Source: Octopus bimaculoides (Eukaryota). From it: DNA of 35,940 bases. Numbering within the stretch: the first letter of the stretch is position 1; the number at the start of each line of letters is the position of its first letter. Both the position numbers and the translations under genes were made by a program. The DNA is taken from contig NC_069001.1 of the NCBI RefSeq assembly GCF_001194135.2, positions 27,605,726-27,641,665 on the forward strand, given 5' to 3'. The notes under the pieces are model-generated. The model did no database searches, was not told the DNA's origin, and was given only the letters and a program-made list of their open reading frames with translations. Below, piece by piece: positions 1 through 11,470 of the stretch.

Positions 1-52
1 GAACCCGGGACCATGTGGTTTGTAAGCAAGCTACTTACCACACAGCCACTCC
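1..52 (-). mobile_element. 5' head of tRNA-derived SINE (family B), cut by the window edge
   Basis: Near-identical to 28421-28473. The reverse complement GGAGTGGCTGTGTGGTAAGTAGC...CCCGGGTTC carries a Pol III A-box-like motif and the start of the B box. Confidence 0.85.
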
Positions 53-304
53 TATATATATGCATATATATGTATATATATATATATGCATATATATGTA
101 TATATATATATGCATATATATGTATATATATATATATGCATATATATGTATATATATATATGCATATATATGTATATATATATATGCATATATATATGTA
201 TATATATATATGCATATATATGTGTATATATATATGCATATATATGTGTATATATATATGCATATATATGTGTATATATATATGCATATATATGTGTATA
301 TATA
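53..304. repeat. Interrupted (TA)n microsatellite with 24-26 bp higher-order unit TGCATATATATG(TA)n
   Basis: About 10 units start at 61, 87, 111, 137, 161, 185, 211, 235, 259 and 283. It explains ORFs 13..318, 15..380 and 86..343. Confidence 0.95.
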
Positions 305-794
305 CCTATATGTATTAATGCAGGTATATACTTATGTATGTAAGCATTATGTATATGTGCTTGTATGTGTGTGTAAATGAATGGGTGTATATACTGACTG
401 ACAGGTTGCGATGATTATCCTAGCGACTCTGTTTAATAGCAGGTCAACGTAATTGCTCTTTCTTCTCTTTATCAATAATTCGTTTCTATGTCTCTCGACA
501 GTTATAACAACATTAATTTCGGCTGTGTTATTTCAGTAAATTCAATTTTCTTCATGTAAATAGATAACTCTGGAATTAGTTATTCTCTGTACACTTTGTT
601 CCAGAATCAATGTATTTTTTATTTTATTTTTGATATATATTTCTTTACTGACCAAATTGTAAATGAACTATTTGTAGTTAGTTTACTTTTATAAATTGAA
701 AATATTTGTTTATCCCCTATACAATCCAATAAATATAATACGGTCGTTTACGTGATATTTTTACTGTAAATTCCTAGGAATGGTTTAATCATAC

Positions 795-905
795 CATTGA
801 TAATAAATGCCGTTAGCAGTGTAAGATGCGTTATATCCGTTCGTATGTACGACGCCCCAATCATTAGTAAATTTAAAGTAGACTCGACGGCACTAATCTG
901 GTACA
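795..905 (-). CDS. Candidate internal exon (111 bp, phase 1-1), unknown protein
   Basis: Acceptor TTCATACGTTTTGTAG and donor AATG/GTATGA. One frame is open (YQISAVESTLNLLMIGASYIRTDITHLTLLTAFIIN). No family recognised. Confidence 0.3.
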
Positions 906-1974
906 CTACAAAACGTATGAACAAACATAGCAGCATTTAACGTGTTGCTTGATCTACTATAAATAGCACATCGTATTTTCCACTGCAGTTGTTAATGTTT
1001 GAAAATTAGGAGAAATTGAATAATCTGATCTTAAACACGACATCCAACACGAGTGAGATGGGATAGTCATAATTTTAATTCTTTTCATCTTACTTCTGTT
1101 TCAGAAGATGGCTAGGCTTGCAATATACATCAATATTTTTGTAAATATATTCATTATATATTCACGTATCCGTCAATAATTTCTGGTTTCTAGGAATAAT
1201 AAATGAAGTTAAATTATAACGGATTTATGTCAGAAACGAACGCTAGCAAAGGGGAACTGGTGGTAGATTAGAAGAAATTACATGGATGATAATGTTTCAG
1301 TTTGTGAGAGACAAGAAGAGAAATCAGAGCATTTTACATTGTGCGGACTGGGGTTAGCTCAGGATGCAGTTTATACATTTTAATATTCCTCTTCAGCATT
1401 AAATAATAACGACAAAATAGTAACACCCGCTAATTCGAAGCCTTCGGCTATAGTTCGGGTGCGAACATTAGGCATCGGTACCTGCTGTTCTTTAGTTTCA
1501 TTTTTCTGAAACTCCTTGAAGCACAATATCCACAAGAAGCCCTCACTTATATGTTTAATAGCTAGGCCTTTCGAACTGAACAGTAGGTCTCATTATTTAT
1601 TTCTGTATCACCATAATATGTACAAGCATAGAACATTCGTGTTGTTTTCTTATAGAATCTCAAGTAAAAGCAAATACCTTATTATCCGTCTCTTTCACAT
1701 CTCTTACATCACAATTCGGCTCTTACAGCCCACATGTATAGCGACCCTGGTACAAGAACAAGTCAAGAGTTAATGTCCTTAGCAGCACCCAAAATTGCCT
1801 GTCTAATCATTGTGTTACACATGAAATATCATTCAGTCTATCTATTCTGTTCGTCTTCAGTCTTGAATAAGAGGTATTGTTGCATTTTCACTTGATAAAT
1901 AGACAAAGTGCTGCCCCATATATGTAAGCTTTGTTCTTTCCTGATCTTGTAAAAACGTCTTGAATGAGCAGAGA

Positions 1975-1980
<6 letters not shown>

Positions 1981-2017
<37 letters not shown>
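1981..2017. repeat. (GA)n microsatellite
   Basis: Perfect GA run. Confidence 0.98.
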
Positions 2018-2022
<5 letters not shown>

Positions 2023-2188
2023 CACTCCTAGAAACTTCCTCGTTAGCCTGACATATGTCGAAGTTCGTGTTGCTATTCTTGATGCTGTGATTGATATTTT
2101 TCGGATAGTCTGCAAATATGTTTTGGCATCAGAAACACCAGATACATTTTAAAAAAGATATTCCAATTTTCATTTATTATCTTCTCTC

Positions 2189-2192
<4 letters not shown>

Positions 2193-2274
<82 letters not shown>
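2193..2274. repeat. (TG)41 microsatellite
   Basis: Perfect TG run. It explains the CVCV/HTHT ORFs. Confidence 0.98.
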
Positions 2275-2277
<3 letters not shown>

Positions 2278-3518
2278 ACTTTGAAAATGTTTTTGTTTGT
2301 GGAGAGACGTGCTTGGGTGAACATTTTCCGTTGAATAACAGCAGAGTGAGCAGAATATTTTCAAAATAACTTTTTATTCCATAAATATGACAGAAAAATG
2401 ATAAATGCAAAAGTCTCGACCCCTTGAGTACGAATCTCGCTTAATGAGACACATAAATTGTAATTCAATATTTGCAAAACTCAACAAGCTATAATACAGA
2501 ATGCGGAGCACAGATAAAGAAAACTTTGGAAGGAAAGGGATCACAACTATGACAGTTAGAAAAATAAAATTACTAATAAGATATTAATTATAAACTTTTG
2601 TTAGATTTTACCATAACAATATAGAATTAAAAATGCTAGAATACTAACAGAAAAGCAGTCGATGGGTTTGCAGACTTTAGTGAAAAGATATTAGTGTGGT
2701 TCACTAGTACAACCAAGCAGAATATTAAGTCTATAAAGGGTAAAATGAAAGATATATTTATAAGCGTAAGTGAATATCAAATAAATAGCAGATATATGTG
2801 AGCTTCCCTGAGAGGAAGAAAAGATATATAAATCATAGTATATTATATATAAAGTAAATAAACAAATACATATTTTATATAAATAAAAGAACCATGCATA
2901 CTTTCGTACATTTTGTACTTTTACATTTTATTTCTTATATCGAAACTCTATTATGTTGAATTATAGCCAGTAAAAAAAGTAAGAAGGAAATTAATAAAAT
3001 TGCAAATACTTCAATATTGTCATAAATATTAGACCTGGCAAGGAAATTCTGACAGTACCAATAATACATTAGGCACTGTACCCTGAATGATTGTGTTCAA
3101 CGCATAAAAGTTCAGACATTTTTTTATTTTTATTTTCATCGAAACTGTTATCACTACGAGGTAGATCAAAATTTCTATGTCACAATTTCAATGCAATAAC
3201 CATTTTCATTACACATTGATGTCAGTCAGCGAAGTAACAAAGAATAAAAAAAAATATATATATCAAAATGATATTATATTTCAAGACAACCACTAGATGT
3301 TAAGTAATAAAAGCATATAATGTAGCAACAAAGCCACGCGGTACCAATTCTTTCAGCAATAAAACCCTAGCAGATAAGAGTATAGATTGGTATAATAAAT
3401 ACAAAAAATATATCTACATAAAATACTAATAGCGATGATGTGCTACAATGATATTCATAATGTAAAGAAAAAATAATCAATAAAAAGTATGGAATTAATC
3501 GGCATCATCGGTAAATAG

Positions 3519-3526
3519 TAATAATG

Positions 3527-3565
<39 letters not shown>

Positions 3566-3575
3566 GTAATAATAA
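3519..3575. repeat. (AAT)n microsatellite
   Basis: Direct reading. Confidence 0.95.
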
Positions 3576-4249
3576 ATGTTGCTGCAACGTTAAAAGTAAA
3601 AATACCAAGAACTCTGGCCTCCTACTAGTAGCGTCCACTAAAAGAAAAACAAGAAAGAACTATAATTTATAGAGAAGGTTGGATCAATGCGCAAGTTATT
3701 GAAGTGTTACCCTCATATTATTCATCGATACTATATCCAACAAACATGAGCTCCATAAAAAAAAGAGAAGTACGAGTTATGGAGAAGGAAAAATTGGAAA
3801 CAAAGGAAGAGAAAAAGTATGAGCAAACACATTTGTCAACGCACAGAGAATACTAATAAAAAAAGTGTAATAGAAAAACTTATCAAAGAATTATCACTGC
3901 AAGAAGAAAAAACCCTTCGAACTGCTGCATAAAACAGAGTGTTAACAGTCAAAAACCCATGAAAGCATGATGGCAGAACTAGCAGACACAAAACATATAA
4001 GACTTCTCAAAAGAATGAGCACATCAGATAAGTTCATGCACACAAGGTACATGCTCTGATATCAACAAAGTTATTATGGAACTTGCAGCACATTTTTGGC
4101 GTCAAGGAACATTGCAGAAACTACGACAGACAAAAGGAAAGAATCAAAAATCCAGCAAATAATTCATTATTAAAATATCCAGCCAAATATTGAGGTACAA
4201 ATGGAAATTTTCCCCGATAATTATATCTAACGATAAACAATATTGAAAC

Positions 4250-4445
4250 ATACGTTTCAGCAAGTCAACCGGAACGAGCATCTAATAGTGGTTCAATAAA
4301 GTTATTGAGTAGAGAGAAGTTGAGAGTATAACAAAGCTCATAAATATGAAGGAATTGAAGAACCCTGAGCAAATTGCATAGAGAAATAGGGTCAATGAAA
4401 CCTTTCACCATCCCATGAGGTATGTCGATGATATGATATTGTAAA
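4250..4445 (+). pseudogene. Possible highly decayed reverse-transcriptase remnant (Penelope-like RYVDD motif)
   Basis: AGG TAT GTC GAT GAT ATG ATA TTG (RYVDDMIL) at 4418-4441, weak FQQVN-GT-like motif about 4256-4280, many stops. Confidence 0.25.
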
Positions 4446-4510
4446 ACATCAACGGGTAGAAAAATCACGTTAATCAATTTATATGTAATATCTCTTTAAA
4501 GAGAAGGGGA

Positions 4511-4612
4511 AATAATAATAACAACAACAACAACAATAATAATAATAATAACAATAACAACAATAATAATAATAATAATAACAATAACAACAATAATAAT
4601 AATAATAATAAT
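4511..4612. repeat. Compound (AAT)n/(AAC)n microsatellite with about 30-bp higher-order unit
   Basis: CAATAATAATAATAATAATAACAATAACAA at 4561-4590, with partial copies on both sides. Confidence 0.95.
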
Positions 4613-4720
4613 GACCGGTAACGTATTTTTCTGCAATGTATGGATAATTTATCCTGGTCACGCTATTTATTAGCATTATCACGCGTTTGAGAATAATAAA
4701 AGAATATTTCTGTATCTTTC

Positions 4721-4768
<48 letters not shown>
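4721..4768. repeat. (AAT)16 microsatellite
   Basis: Direct reading. Confidence 0.97.
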
Positions 4769-4869
4769 CTTTTAACTATGGGCACATGGCCTGAAGCGAG
4801 TTATCTTTCAACATCAAGCGAGTTATCTTTTAAGGTAACTCCCCCCCCCCAATACTCTTTTGCATGGTA

Positions 4870-5326
4870 CTAACCCTGTTCTCAAACGAAAGGAATATCA
4901 CCAAGTATGGGTTAAAAATGTATGATATCTGTTTTACATGAACGATCTGAAGCTGTTTGCTAGAAATGACAAAGAACTAGTAGGGCTGTTCAAGAGATCA
5001 GCAATGACATCGGAATAGATTTTGGCCTTGATCAGTGTGCTAAAGCAACTTTTGTAAGAGGCAAGCTCCAGCAAAGAGCTCCCGTTAAATTAGATACCGA
5101 TGCTACCATGAAGGAGCTTGGCCCACAAGAAAGCTATAAATACCTGGAGATAAACGAAGGAGATGCTATACAACATGCTACTATGAAGGAAAAAATACGA
5201 AAGGAGTATTACAGAAGAATACAAACCGTACTAAAAACTGGACTCAACTCTAAATTTCACATCGAAGCAATTAACAGCCTGTCACTTCCTGTTGTCCAAT
5301 ACTGTTTTAACATTAAACAGCATTAA
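4870..5326 (+). mobile_element. R4/Dong-clade non-LTR retrotransposon fragment F1 (RT catalytic region), frameshifted
   Basis: Reads LFYMNDLKLFARNDKEL (YMDD-type motif at 4935-4946), then after a frameshift EISNDIGIDFGLDQCAK...SYKYLEINEGD...KEKIRKEYYRRIQTVLKTGLNSKFHIEAINSLSLPVVQYCFNI, a characteristic R4/Dong RT sequence. Confidence 0.9.
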
Positions 5327-7029
5327 ATACAAAATATCATGTATAGAATGAACACTGGCTTAATGGAAGCATATATGTTTTCAACAAGTTCATATGGGAT
5401 TCCGTAGCATCAGGACTTGCGCATTTACGTTCCTGCTGTGTTTGCAGTATTGATGCGCTTTCAAGCTACATGTATCTGACTATATTACTATTTTTCTATC
5501 ATTAGTTGCAGTGTCAATCTAGTATCACTTCTCTTTATGATATTGTATGCGCTGTGTTATGTATTGTGCGATGATGAAATAGCTTACCTGTGTGGGTTGT
5601 GTTTTATAGCTTGATGGTAAGTTCGCTGAGCGCGGGTCGTGTGAGTTGCTGTGGTGTGTTTGATGTCAATGTTTTTACATCCTGCTTAGCATTCATCCGC
5701 AAACATACTGAAACGCATCCCAACTATCTCCAATCCATCTATTTAGGAGTATCAGAAGCTATTGGTTACAATGTGGGCTTCTTTACTTAAAACATTTTAA
5801 TTATATATGAATTGGTTGCAATTCCGAACAGACCAAAGGGTTTGAATACCCAAAGTCACTCATTAAAAGAAATATGTATAAATTTATTTGGTGACGAATG
5901 GGGATAATACGTACCCTGTGGAACCTCCTATGTTATCGGATAATCATTCAGGATTGTGGTTAGAGCCGTGCATATATATTACTTACAGAGTTGAGTTTAT
6001 GAATTCGACGCCAACACCTAGGCTTTAGGCGATATTTTGGCAGTATTTTAGGATTTCCTTTTCTGCATATGTCAAAGTTCATAATGATAGCTAATGCTCT
6101 GCTACTTATTGTTTAATATTTGTGTTTTATTTTATATTTTTCGTACTACGCACATTGCTTATTTCTATTCTAAAATACTTCTTCCTTCACATTTTACGTC
6201 GGTATGTCATGGTAACCCACCCCCGCCAAAAAAAAAAAAAAAAAAAAAAAAGAAACACAGAGAAACATATTAGAGTACGTAGATTATCACGGTGACTGCT
6301 TCTCATAAATATTGTATATTTGGAGTGCCGACATCCATTCCATTGAAGTCGAAACAGACATCCTTCACATTCAGATCATTTTCACCAGGTTGTTATTACA
6401 TAACGTTTTACTACGTGCCTCGAATATAGTCACGACGTCATCTTTGCTTGTAAGGTGTTATCGATTTCCAGATGGACAGGAGCCTATTATAAAGAATACA
6501 TTAAATATTCTTCCATGTATTTTCTGCTTACTGTGTATGTTTAAAGGTGAAATACGTGAACCGCTTTAGCAAAATTATTGACTCCGATATATACTATTCT
6601 ACTAAATTTCTCTATTTTTATTCCACCGAATCTGTTGTATGTGTTGTGCATCTTAGTTAGGAATTGGGAATTTATACAACATTCAGAGGGATACAAGCTA
6701 TCAACTATTTTGAAGGTATTATGTAATTCCTTTTGATAATAGATCTTGTTTACAATTTTCATCATATATCTACTTCGTTTTTACTCCAATCTATTATCAG
6801 AAATCACATTGTCTAATTGTGCTGAATATTGTTTTATTTATGCTTTGTTTCTGATGTACAAGAACCTTATTTATCTTCATTTGTTATACGATGTTGTTTT
6901 GTGTTTCTCTGATTCTTACTGTAACAAGCGTTCAAGCATTTTCAAGAGTCTTAAGATGTATGCATCTGCTCTTATGATTTTTTGAGCCATTTTCTTTTCC
7001 TCTAATATTTTTATTTACTTAATTTACTC

Positions 7030-7084
7030 GTAACTCTTTTACTTCTTTCAGTCTTTAGACTGTGGCCATGCTGGGCACCACCTT
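7030..7084 (-). mobile_element. 3' tail fragment of SINE family B
   Basis: ACTCTTTTACTTCTTTCAGTCTTTAGACTGTGGCCATGCTGGGCACCACCT resembles 28095-28145. Confidence 0.7.
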
Positions 7085-7534
7085 TGTCAAATTTCGTTAC
7101 AGATATGTTTTTATCAGTGGGAACACTTACATCTCTGAGTCTACAAGTATTCACTTCTTAGTCTTTAATAACTATATCTGGTAGATTAGCCGGGAGTGTT
7201 CTGCCAGTGTTGATTGAAAAATTCCAGAGGTTAGTGATATTTTTTTTACCTTCAACGATTGGGTGAAGCTAATACCAGTAAGCAGGAGTGATAATTTTGT
7301 AGTGTTTACATATTTTCTGATGTAAATAATGTCCTAACATATCGTGAATATTTTTCGTTTGGTGTCTGTTATGTCTCAAGCTACTGCTATCTAGCACCTT
7401 CGGATGATCTCTACTCAACTGTTACACAACTGCTACTCGACTGCTACTCAACACTCCTACCACGGCCAGACTACCTCTAATTATATGTCTTGAGAGATCC
7501 TACTTCTTCGCCTGGTGGCGTCGTCACAACAGTG

Positions 7535-8125
7535 TCACTACAGGACATCTCGCGAAGAGATAATCTACTGTTTCATAAAATTTATCAAAGTGTCTGCATT
7601 TAAGTTCAGAGCCGTCTTAAAGAACGATAGCCTGTTAGCCTTTGGTAAGCATGCTTTGATCCTGCACCGCCAACATGAACCCTTCCGACTCTGCTTTAAG
7701 TCCTAAGCTTCTCTGCCTCTGATGGTTTGTTGCCTGATCTAAATTAACATTTTAGCTTCGAAGTATGCACCGTCCATGCAGAAGCTTCCGGCTCTCCTGC
7801 TCTTCAATTTGCTTCCACCTGTTCTTTTTTTGCAGTCTGTTTGATCCGTTTTGCTTTCTTCGTGGCATTGATTTCTAATTCAGGTTTAATGCCATGTTCT
7901 CTTGCGAATTTGCAAGCATCTTTGGTAATAGAATGAGATATTTTGCTGTTTTCGTGTTTTCACATACAGTCTTCTGTACTAGATAAGTATCTATTCATTG
8001 CTATTGTGGTCTTATGGCATAGTTCTACCTGCATCACTCCTCTTCCCCCATTACAACTAGGCAATGCTTTTAGGTGGTGCATGTTCTTAGATGTTAGTAG
8101 TACTCTTGCCCTCCTCTCCAGGCGT
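7535..8125 (-). mobile_element. R4/Dong-clade fragment F2 (post-RT region to zinc knuckle), with stops and frameshifts
   Basis: Minus strand reads RLERRARVLLTSKNMHHLKA...GGRGVMQVELCHKTT...KHENSKISHSITKDA...KLLHGR...LGLKAESEGFMLAVQDQSMLT...KCRHFDKFYETVDYLFARCPVV (decayed CCHC knuckle). Confidence 0.9.
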
Positions 8126-8195
8126 GTATGTGTATATATGTATGTATGTATGCGTGCATCTATCTATGTGTCTGTCTGTCTGTCTGTCTGCCTGC

Positions 8196-8230
<35 letters not shown>

Positions 8231-8270
8231 TCTGTCTGTCTGCTTGCCTGTCTGTCTGTCTGTCTATCTA
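8125..8270. repeat. Compound microsatellite (TATG)n-(TCTG)n-(TC)n-(GC)6-(TCTG)n
   Basis: Direct reading. The (GC)6 run is at 8219-8230. Confidence 0.95.
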
Positions 8271-8403
8271 TTACTGTCCCCTACCATAGAGTTGCTGTTC
8301 ACACATTCGGAACTACTATACTGCTAGAAATCGCGATTTTTGTCAGTCAGTATACGAACATACTATTATTATTATCATAATTAATATTATTGAATTTGAA
8401 GCT

Positions 8404-8408
<5 letters not shown>

Positions 8409-8464
<56 letters not shown>

Positions 8465-8480
8465 TTATTTATTTATTTAT
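8409..8480. repeat. (CTA)n followed by (TTTA)n microsatellite
   Basis: Direct reading. It explains the poly-Leu ORF 8390..8698. Confidence 0.95.
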
Positions 8481-9113
8481 TTTTCCTGAATGTGAGCCTA
8501 CTATTATTATTTAGTTATTTCCTGAATTCTAATGATTATTTTTCCTTTGCGCAGCCCTCCAGTGCCTCCAGTAATTCCGATGCTCAAAATGTGCTCACTT
8601 ATCAGCTGAATATTTTCACAGAGAGTTGTTGGCTTTCCTGGCGGCACCTTCTCTTTCATGCGTTTCATACTATTGCAAAAATGCACACAATAGCTTAAAA
8701 AAAACCATACGAATTGATTACGGCGTTCTGATCTATTTTCCTGAACTATTTTCCTGGGGATATATTTGACAACGCTCTACGAAAATATGACAAGATTCTA
8801 AAGTTTTCCTATGCTCATAGAACATCTGGATTAGTTCCAGTTTCCCCTTAGCCATATAAAAGATTTTGACAGCCACGTATATCAACACTTCCTCGCGTGA
8901 CCATCTACCAATTCATGTAAACACATATGTATCTACAATTAATCAGCGCCCTCTATACAAATATGTTTACAATTCACTGAGCAATTATACAAATATTTAA
9001 AAATTATATATATAAGTTATACACATATATACAAATAAGTTTACCATTAACTGACAAATTCGAGATATTCACTCCTAATTTCAACCACATGGAATTTGTT
9101 TTAATATATATGT

Positions 9114-9465
9114 GGCTTCCCGCCTTTATGTTCCGAGTTCAAATGCCTTTCATGCTTTTGTGTCACTAAATAAGTAGCAGGACGGTTAATTAATTCCGCA
9201 AAATTGTTGGACTTTTGCTAACATTCTAAACCAATATGTGTGAAGCTTTTTTAAGACGGTGAGCTTGTAGAATCTTTAACGCACCGGACACAATTTTTAT
9301 CGGCATTTCTTTTGTGTTTATGCTCTGATTTCAAATGTTACCAGCTTTGCCTTTCATCCTTTCTGAGTCGATGAATTAATTACCAGTTGTGAACTGAGGA
9401 TTACGTATCTACTAGCGCTCTGACTTCCCTAAATTGCTGGCTTCGTGCCGAAATTTGAAACCAAT
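9114..9465 (+). mobile_element. Two degenerate copies of tRNA-derived SINE family A
   Basis: GACGGTGAGCTTGTAGAATC head, GAGTTCAAAT B box, CTTTGCCTTTCATCCTTTC central motif and AAATTTGAAACCAATAT tail. Confidence 0.75.
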
Positions 9466-10190
9466 ATATATGACACTTCATATCCATATCTTTCTTTCCG
9501 TACTTTCCGACAAATAAAGAACACATCTAATGTGTTATTTTTTCCATCGATACCATTAATATAGTAAATACCTACAGGAATCATTTCAATCATAGGTAAA
9601 GTTTCGGCTCGGAAATAAAGGAACGCCAAATTAAGGTATGAATATAATTATTATCAAGTAGAAAAAGGTAGCTATTCACGTCAGTAACCCCTCTCTTCTA
9701 CCGGTATTTGACCGTGTCCCAATGGACATAAACCCTACATCTTTAGCGTCGACTGAGGGAAACAATATTATCACAGTGTGTCAGGTACACACTGTGTGTT
9801 GTTAGCTTTATTGCTGTTATATTTAAATGAATTTACTTAAAAGTCATTTATCAGCTGTTCATCATTCATATTCAATGAAATCTCACACACAGAGAAGCTC
9901 GTATATATAACCAAACTTCAGTAAAATTTTCACATTGATTATGTCTAATACGGCCAAGAAATTGTTCTCTCAAAATTTCCGATTTCCTTTGTCAAACAGC
10001 TTGGGATTCCACTCTGTAACATATCCATGCAAAGAGATTTTTCTCTAGATAAGATACTCACTAATCACCATAGCCTTCTCATTATTTAGTTCAGTGAATC
10101 AATATATTTCTTCCTAGACCAGAATGCTTTTTACATTTTACTTTTCTGTCTCTAACACAATCAAAATGATAATATAACATACATAATAAC

Positions 10191-10405
10191 GGCGGCGAGC
10201 TGCCATGATCGTTAGCTCGCCGACCAAAATGCTTAGCAGCATAACATCCGTCTTTTCGTTCTCAATACTAATTCGTCTAGGTCAACGTCGCCTTTCATGC
10301 CTTCGAGGTCCATAAAATAAATATCAGCTGAGCACTGGGTTCGATGCAATCGAATCATCCTTACCTCTCCGAAAATCGCCGACCTCCTGCCATAATTTGG
10401 AACCT
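10191..10405 (+). mobile_element. SINE family A, near full length
   Basis: GGCGGCGAGCTG...GTTAGC head, GCCTTTCATGCCTTCGAGGTC core, CACTGGGTTCGATGCAATCG. Confidence 0.85.
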
Positions 10406-10630
10406 CTATAAACCAATATAATATACATGATGCAACTAATTAAACTAGATAAAATGGAAGAAGGTTCATTTTGCCTAATATTTCAATCGAAAAAAAAAAC
10501 AGAAAAGAAAAACGGGAAACATCATTTTATTGAGTAAAAGAAGATGGTAGTTGTCATTCTGGTTGGGACTCAATATTCTGCATGACATATTGCTTTGACA
10601 CTCCTCTCGTTTGTTTGTCCCTGACTCTAT

Positions 10631-11245
10631 TAATGCTCCTTTCTACTATAACTACAAAGCCTGAACGTTGAGGAAGGAGGATATTCGATTACATCGACCC
10701 CCCCAGTACTCAACTGGTACTTAATTCAGAGACCCTGAAGTGATGAAAGCAAAAGTCGACCGCGGTGGAATTTGAACTTAAAACGTAAAGACGAATGAAA
10801 TGTCGCTAATCATTTCGCGCATTGTGCTAATGATTTCACCAGCTCACCGTCTTTCCGACTCTATCAATAATTCTTCCTACTGGAAGCACAAGGCCTCAAA
10901 TTTTGTGGGAGGGGATTGTCAATTCCATCAGCCCCACTGTTTCGCTGGCACTTAATTTATCGACTCCGAAAAGATAAAAGTCAAGGTTGACCTTGGCGGA
11001 ATTTGAACTCAGAAACTAATCACTGGCGAAATACCTAACGGTACTTCGCCAGCTCACCGTCTTTTCGACTCTATCGATAATCTTTTCAACTGGAAGCACA
11101 AGGCTTCAAGTTTTGTGGGAGGGGATTGTCAATTACATCAGCCCCAGTGTTTCGCTGTCACTTAATTTATTGACACCGAAAAAATGAAAGTCAAGGTCAA
11201 CCTCAGCGGAATTTGAACTCAGAAACTAGTGACGAGCGAAATACC
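10631..11245 (-). mobile_element. Three head-to-tail SINE family A copies; the last two form a 210-bp tandem duplication
   Basis: AGCTCACCGTCTTT at 10841 and 11051 (period 210). Copies 2 and 3 share private variants (TGGAAGCAC, GGATTGTCAATT, AGTCAAGG, AGAAACTA). Confidence 0.9.
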
Positions 11246-11289
11246 GTCACTAATTTCTGTCGTCGTAGTTTCGGTATCCAGCGGTGCGT

Positions 11290-11470
11290 TGTGTTTTTCA
11301 GCAACACACATTCTTTCACCTTGCTCCAGTTCACTCAGTGGGCAAACATTAGTACCTGTATTTTAAAGGGCCGCTCTCCTTACATTTTGTACACACTGAA
11401 TATCACTGAGAACTAGGAGAAGAGTATATGCGTCTGTGGAGTACACTTGCACGTTAATTTATTTTACGAA
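11290..11470 (+). mobile_element. Degenerate SINE 3' part related to family D
   Basis: GCGTCTGTGGAGT...CACTTGCACGTTAATTT at about 11430-11460 also occurs at 14778-14814. Confidence 0.65.

Noticed and set aside
1200-2150. Several protein-looking short frames on both strands (for example MSLAAPKIACLIIVL..., ETKEQQVPMPNVRTRTIAEGFEL...) and a possible 13-nt exon at 1861-1873
   Set aside because: The frames overlap incompatibly, show no recognisable motifs, and give no consistent splice chain.
6228-6251. Poly(A) run as the tail of a processed pseudogene
   Set aside because: No upstream ORF, polyadenylation signal or flanking target-site duplication could be identified.
8507-8668. 53-aa minus ORF containing ILSIGITGGTGGLRKG, resembling a Rossmann or P-loop glycine-rich motif
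   Set aside because: Only a short motif, no helix consensus after it, no convincing donor, and ORFs of about 50 codons are common by chance in this composition.
10193-10222. 9-bp perfect stem CGGCGAGCT/AGCTCGCCG as a novel RNA hairpin
   Set aside because: It is the tRNA-derived head of SINE family A, in which partial self-complementarity is inherited.
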